Positions 60,020 to 64,000 of a stretch of DNA of 64,000 nt are shown here, one piece after another; the first letter of the stretch is position 1, and each line of letters begins with the position of its first letter. The notes under the pieces are model-generated. The model saw only the letters and a list, made by a program, of their open reading frames with translations. It ran no database searches and had not been told where the DNA came from. Source of the DNA: Eledone cirrhosa (lineage: Eukaryota); the NCBI GenBank assembly GCA_964016885.1, contig OZ024740.1:84382001-84446000 (forward strand), read 5' to 3'. The position numbers and the translations under genes were made by a program.

Positions 60020-62882
60020 CATGACCTCACTCAGAATAAGCAGCATAAATGCACAATCTGAACACAGATGTAGTGGCCATCAGCGAGACCAGAATCTCTG
60101 AAGCACGGGCCTTCGCACCGATCTTCGGCGGCTACGATGTGTACGCATCTCCCAGCCGTCCTGGATCGGGGGGAGGAGTTGCTGTGCTTTTTCGGAGAGG
60201 TTTGGATCTCGCCATACGAGCCATCTTCCTGGACCCAGAGGGTAAGTTGGTGGTGCTGGACGTGACCAGCGGAAACGGGCAAGCTTTCAGGCTAGTGGCC
60301 GTATATGCCCCGACAAGAGCAGGGCGGCCTGATTTCTTCCGGCGTCTGGAGACCTTTCTGGGAACGTCCCGCTCTTTAGTGTTAGTGGGCGACTGGAACG
60401 GGATCTTAGATGCACGCTGGGACTGTGTGAGGTTAGCGGATAAGGGAGGAGGGTGCAAGAGCCTCACCAACCTGCTCAGGCGTTTTGAACTGTCTGACAG
60501 GTACCGATTTGATTTCCCGAATGTGCCAATGTGGACTTGGACAAATCGCATAGGGTCATCCAGATCATATCTAGATAGAGTATTTTGTAGGGAAATAGAT
60601 AGGTCTAGCATAGGCTGTCCACAATTCAAGATAGTCAGCTACACAGACCACAAATTCGTGATCTGTGTGCTTGACTTAGATAGGCTTCATAGACGACGAC
60701 CCGGCTACTGGAAGCTAAACGCGTCCTTACCAGCGCGCAAGGCCTATAGAGACCAAATTAGCGAACTAGTTAAGCGGGCGTTGACGGGGGCCATCGTCAA
60801 CAACAAGTGGTGGTTTGCTCTGAAAAGAGCGATTAGAATAGAGTTAGGTTTAGTAAGGCTTAGAGAAAAGCAATAGAGAAAAATAGAGCAGAGGGAGAAT
60901 TAGTTAGAAAATTAGACGAGGCGCTTAGCGTACTTGCAGCGAAACTGGCCCTTGACCAATTCTTCAATGCAAAGCACGAAGGCTGCGTTGTCAGAGCTAG
61001 AGTGCGTGCTCTCAGACATGAGGGGACGAAAGCCGTTCAATGGGCCCGATCCCGAGCAAATGTGTGAAGCTTTTCAGTGACACTTCGCTCAGCTGTTCGG
61101 GGGGCAGCGGCGAGCCGGATCGAGGGATGGACTTTAGTGTCTACCTCGACGGACTGCCGCGGCTCTCGGCCACTGAGGCGCAGTGTTACGAAAAGCCGAT
61201 AACAGCCGATGAAGTACGGGAGGCAATGACTGGCTGCTCTAGGGGTAAATCGCCTGGTTTGGATGGTCTGCCCTATGAACTTTACGTACAGATGCCAGAC
61301 TTGTTCGGAGGCCTCTTGGCGGACGTCTATTGCAACTGGCAACAGAACGGGAGAATTCCCAGCTCTGTGAGCCGAGACGCTGTGGCGCTATTGAGAAAGG
61401 AACCGAACAAGGGGGATAACATACATAATTTTAGGCCCATAACTCTGCTAAACACAGAGTTCAAGATTTTGGCCAAGGTGCTAGCAAAGAGGTTGGCGCT
61501 TGTCATTGGTGGTCTGGTGGGAGAGGCGCAGATATGCGCCATTCCCGACAGATCCATCCACGACAACCTCCACCTCATGCGATACATTGTATAGAGGGTA
61601 GCTAGGGAACCTGGCACGGGTGGGTCTTTGATCAATTTAGATCAGTCGAAAGCTTTCGATAGGGTCGACCATCGTTACCTAGCGGCAGTCCTGAGGGCGG
61701 CTGGCTTTGGGCCCGTCTTCAGAGGCTAGATCGCTGCCATGCATAGCGACATCTGCTCTGTGGTGAGAGTGAACGGTCACCTTTCAGAACCGTTCAACAT
61801 CATGCGCTCGGTCCGACAAGGATGTCCCCTCGAGCGGAGGTGGCCAACGCGTACATCGCGTCCGTCATCTACTACCTCCTGACCGTCGTATCTTGTCCTA
61901 AGCCCCGCCTGACTGCGCTGGAGCGTTTGCTCTTTCGCTTTTTGTGGAAGGGACGCACTCCGATGGTCAGGCGATCCATCTGCTGTCAACACCCGCTACG
62001 TGGAGGGCTGGGCATGCCGTGGCTGATGATGCGCAGACACGCGCTCAGGCTACGACATCTCCACCTCACACTCGACGGTGAACAGGTGTGGTCTCCGTTT
62101 GCTATACGCGTCTTTCCCCAGCTCGTCTCCTTGACGGAGCTGCAGTCCTGGCTCAAGCGAAGACCGAGAGGGAGCGCTTGGAGACTGGAATGTCTTCAGG
62201 CGCTCATAGCCCTCGACCAATCGGGCTATGTGATCGGTGGAAACTCCACCTTGGCGTTCTATAGAGGATTAGTGGAGGGGAAGAGCGACGACGTACTTGG
62301 GGAAACTCTATGCGTCGACGAAAATCAACTAGCCAATCTCTTCGGAAGAACTTTCGGGCCGGGCCTATGGACAACTTCCAGAAATCCCTGGCCTGGCAGT
62401 GCTACCGAGGAGCTTTGCTAGTTCGGGATAAACTCTACAGGCATAGAGGTGCCGTCAGCCGGGCATGTCCGAGATGCACGCAGGGCGACGAAACCGTCCT
62501 GCACGCACTCGTCCAGTGTCCGAGCATTGCTGACTTGTGGGTTTATTTCGAACACCTGCTGTCGCGTGTAGGACGGATCCAGCTATCAGCTGAGTCCATC
62601 GTGAGGATTGCCCCGCCCTCTTCCTTTAGCCGGGAAGGGCAGGCAGTATTTATCTGTCTGGTGGCCATGGCCAAAGAGATAGTATGGTGGACACGTTTGA
62701 AAGGGCTGAAGACGAGCACTTACCGCTTCGGTGATGCCCTGATTAACTTTTTCAAATTTCATTTAAAAAGGAAAATCAGGGTAGAAAGGGAAGTGCTCTC
62801 TTCCCAACATTTTGTTGAAAGATGGGTGAGAGAGGCAAGAATGGCCCGAGTGAATGGGCCTACTCTGAGTATGTGTCTGTAA
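60020..62882 (+). pseudogene. LINE ORF2 (APE endonuclease, RT with internal deletion, C-terminal CCHC)
   Basis: DVVAISETR, GGVAVLF, AVYAP, VGDWN, YLDRV, TDH, PGYWKLN; KSPGLDGLP, FRPITLLN, LDQSKAFDRV, VRQGCPL jumping directly to RAEVANAYIAS (YADD region absent); CPRC..DETVLHALVQC. Confidence 0.92.
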
Positions 62883-63130
62883 ATTAAAGGTGGAAAACTG
62901 GGAGAGGGCACTTGCCCTGGTTGTCAGGGTCACTGTGGCTTTTTAATGGGTTTTCTCCACGAATGTCCCTCGGAAATCTCCCCTCTATTGGGGAATTTTT
63001 TCATTGTTCTATTATTACATCCTCTGTTTCTTGTTTTTTACACGCAGAAATGCCCATTTGTAGCGCCCTGTATTGTCTTGTACTGTCCTTAATGTCTACT
63101 TTATGTAGACCCTTGTGGTTAATAAAGAAA

Positions 63131-63164
<34 letters not shown>

Positions 63165-63184
63165 CATTTTTATTTATACTATTA

Positions 63185-63368
63185 GGGTGGTGGATTGGCA
63201 GTACCGGTAGAGTGTCGGACACCAAGCTTTACTGCATAGAGTTATGGTCCTTTACGGTCTGAGTTCAAATCCCACCGAGGTTAGCTTTGCATTTCATCCT
63301 TACGGGGTCGATAAAATAAAGCACCAGTATTGGACTGCTGACCTTGTGCCTAAATTAGAAGCAATTAT
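63185..63368 (+). mobile_element. Octopod SINE
   Basis: gggtggtggattggcagtaccggtagag..gagttcaaatcccaccgagg..ccttgtgcctaaattagaa. Confidence 0.9.
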
Positions 63369-63469
63369 TATTTATACTATTGGTGTTTTCTGTTTATGGT
63401 TATAGAAATGATTATTATGATGTTTCAATCTAGATTTTTTTCATTGCTATATTGTATAAAACTATGTTA

Positions 63470-63615
63470 GGCAGAGAATTGGCTGAGTCGGCAAGAATGC
63501 GTTATGATATTCGTTCCGGCTCTCTGCTCTCTGAGTTCAAGTCCCACCGCGGTCAACTTTACGTTTCGTCCGTTCGAGGTCGATGAAAAAGTACCAGTCT
63601 AGTACTGGGAATTGA
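63470..63615 (+). mobile_element. Octopod SINE, other subfamily, partial
   Basis: ctgagttcaagtcccaccgcggtcaacttt..gaggtcgatgaaaaagtaccagt. Confidence 0.7.
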
Positions 63616-63791
63616 TTCTTCCTCTATATCTTTTTCTCATTTCCTCTCTCTCACTTTCTATCTTTCTCTGGAAGAAATCTGCTGTACTCAGACCTGGAGA
63701 AGATTGGCCTACCCTCATTTACATTACCATTTATATATTTAATTTCATCAGTGCGGCCAGACCGAGATAAAGCATCATTATAACATGATGA

Positions 63792-64000
63792 GGGGCGGTG
63801 GATTGGCAGTATCGGTAAAGAGTCGGATGCCATGCTTTTCATCATAGAGTTACGGCCCTTTACGGTATGAGTTCAAATCCCGCCGACGTTAGCTTTTCCT
63901 TTCATCCATACGGGATTCGATAAAATAAAGCACCAGTATCGTACGAAGGTCGATTTAATCGACTTTCCCCTCCCCCTAAATTACTGGCCTTGTGCCTATA
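63792..64000 (+). mobile_element. Octopod SINE running to the window end
   Basis: gggcggtggattggcagtatcggta..gagttcaaatcccgccga..ggccttgtgcct. Confidence 0.9.

Larger units (their letters stand above)
57933..63131 (+). mobile_element. Tx1/L1-clade LINE embedded in an (ATT)n microsatellite
   Basis: ORF1 plus ORF2 layout; aataaa at 63121; (ATT)n at 57880-57932 and 63133-63165. Confidence 0.88.

Overview
This is eukaryotic, repeat-saturated DNA. The dominant tRNA-headed SINE and the dense (TA)n/(CA)n/(CT)n microsatellites point to an octopod cephalopod (recognised from memory, not searched). I found no convincing host gene exon, rRNA, intact tRNA or CRISPR array, and most ORFs in the track are microsatellite or satellite artefacts. 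The real content is: (i) remnants of at least seven Penelope-like retroelements (PLEs), four of them Naiad-type RT/GIY-YIG, plus solo and fold-back pseudo-LTRs (pLTRs) carrying about a dozen type I hammerhead-ribozyme-like motifs; (ii) a full-length Chapaev3-type DNA transposon whose ORF is open but has a catalytic substitution; (iii) an R4/Dong LINE and a Tx1/L1 LINE, head-to-head and both next to (AAT)n; (iv) RTE remnants and non-autonomous RTE-derived elements; (v) a mariner-type MITE; (vi) many SINE copies, one with its 45-bp head amplified about 65-fold. The most interesting signal is an RNA-level system in the PLE termini. It combines hammerheads with unusual cores (U3:A8 covariation, A at position 4, unpaired 10.1/11.1), a conserved RCTC-loop-GAGYACTC stem-loop downstream of the ribozyme in otherwise dissimilar families, and small non-coding fold-back derivatives, one with a hammerhead on each strand. 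All RNA folds were paired by eye and are untested.
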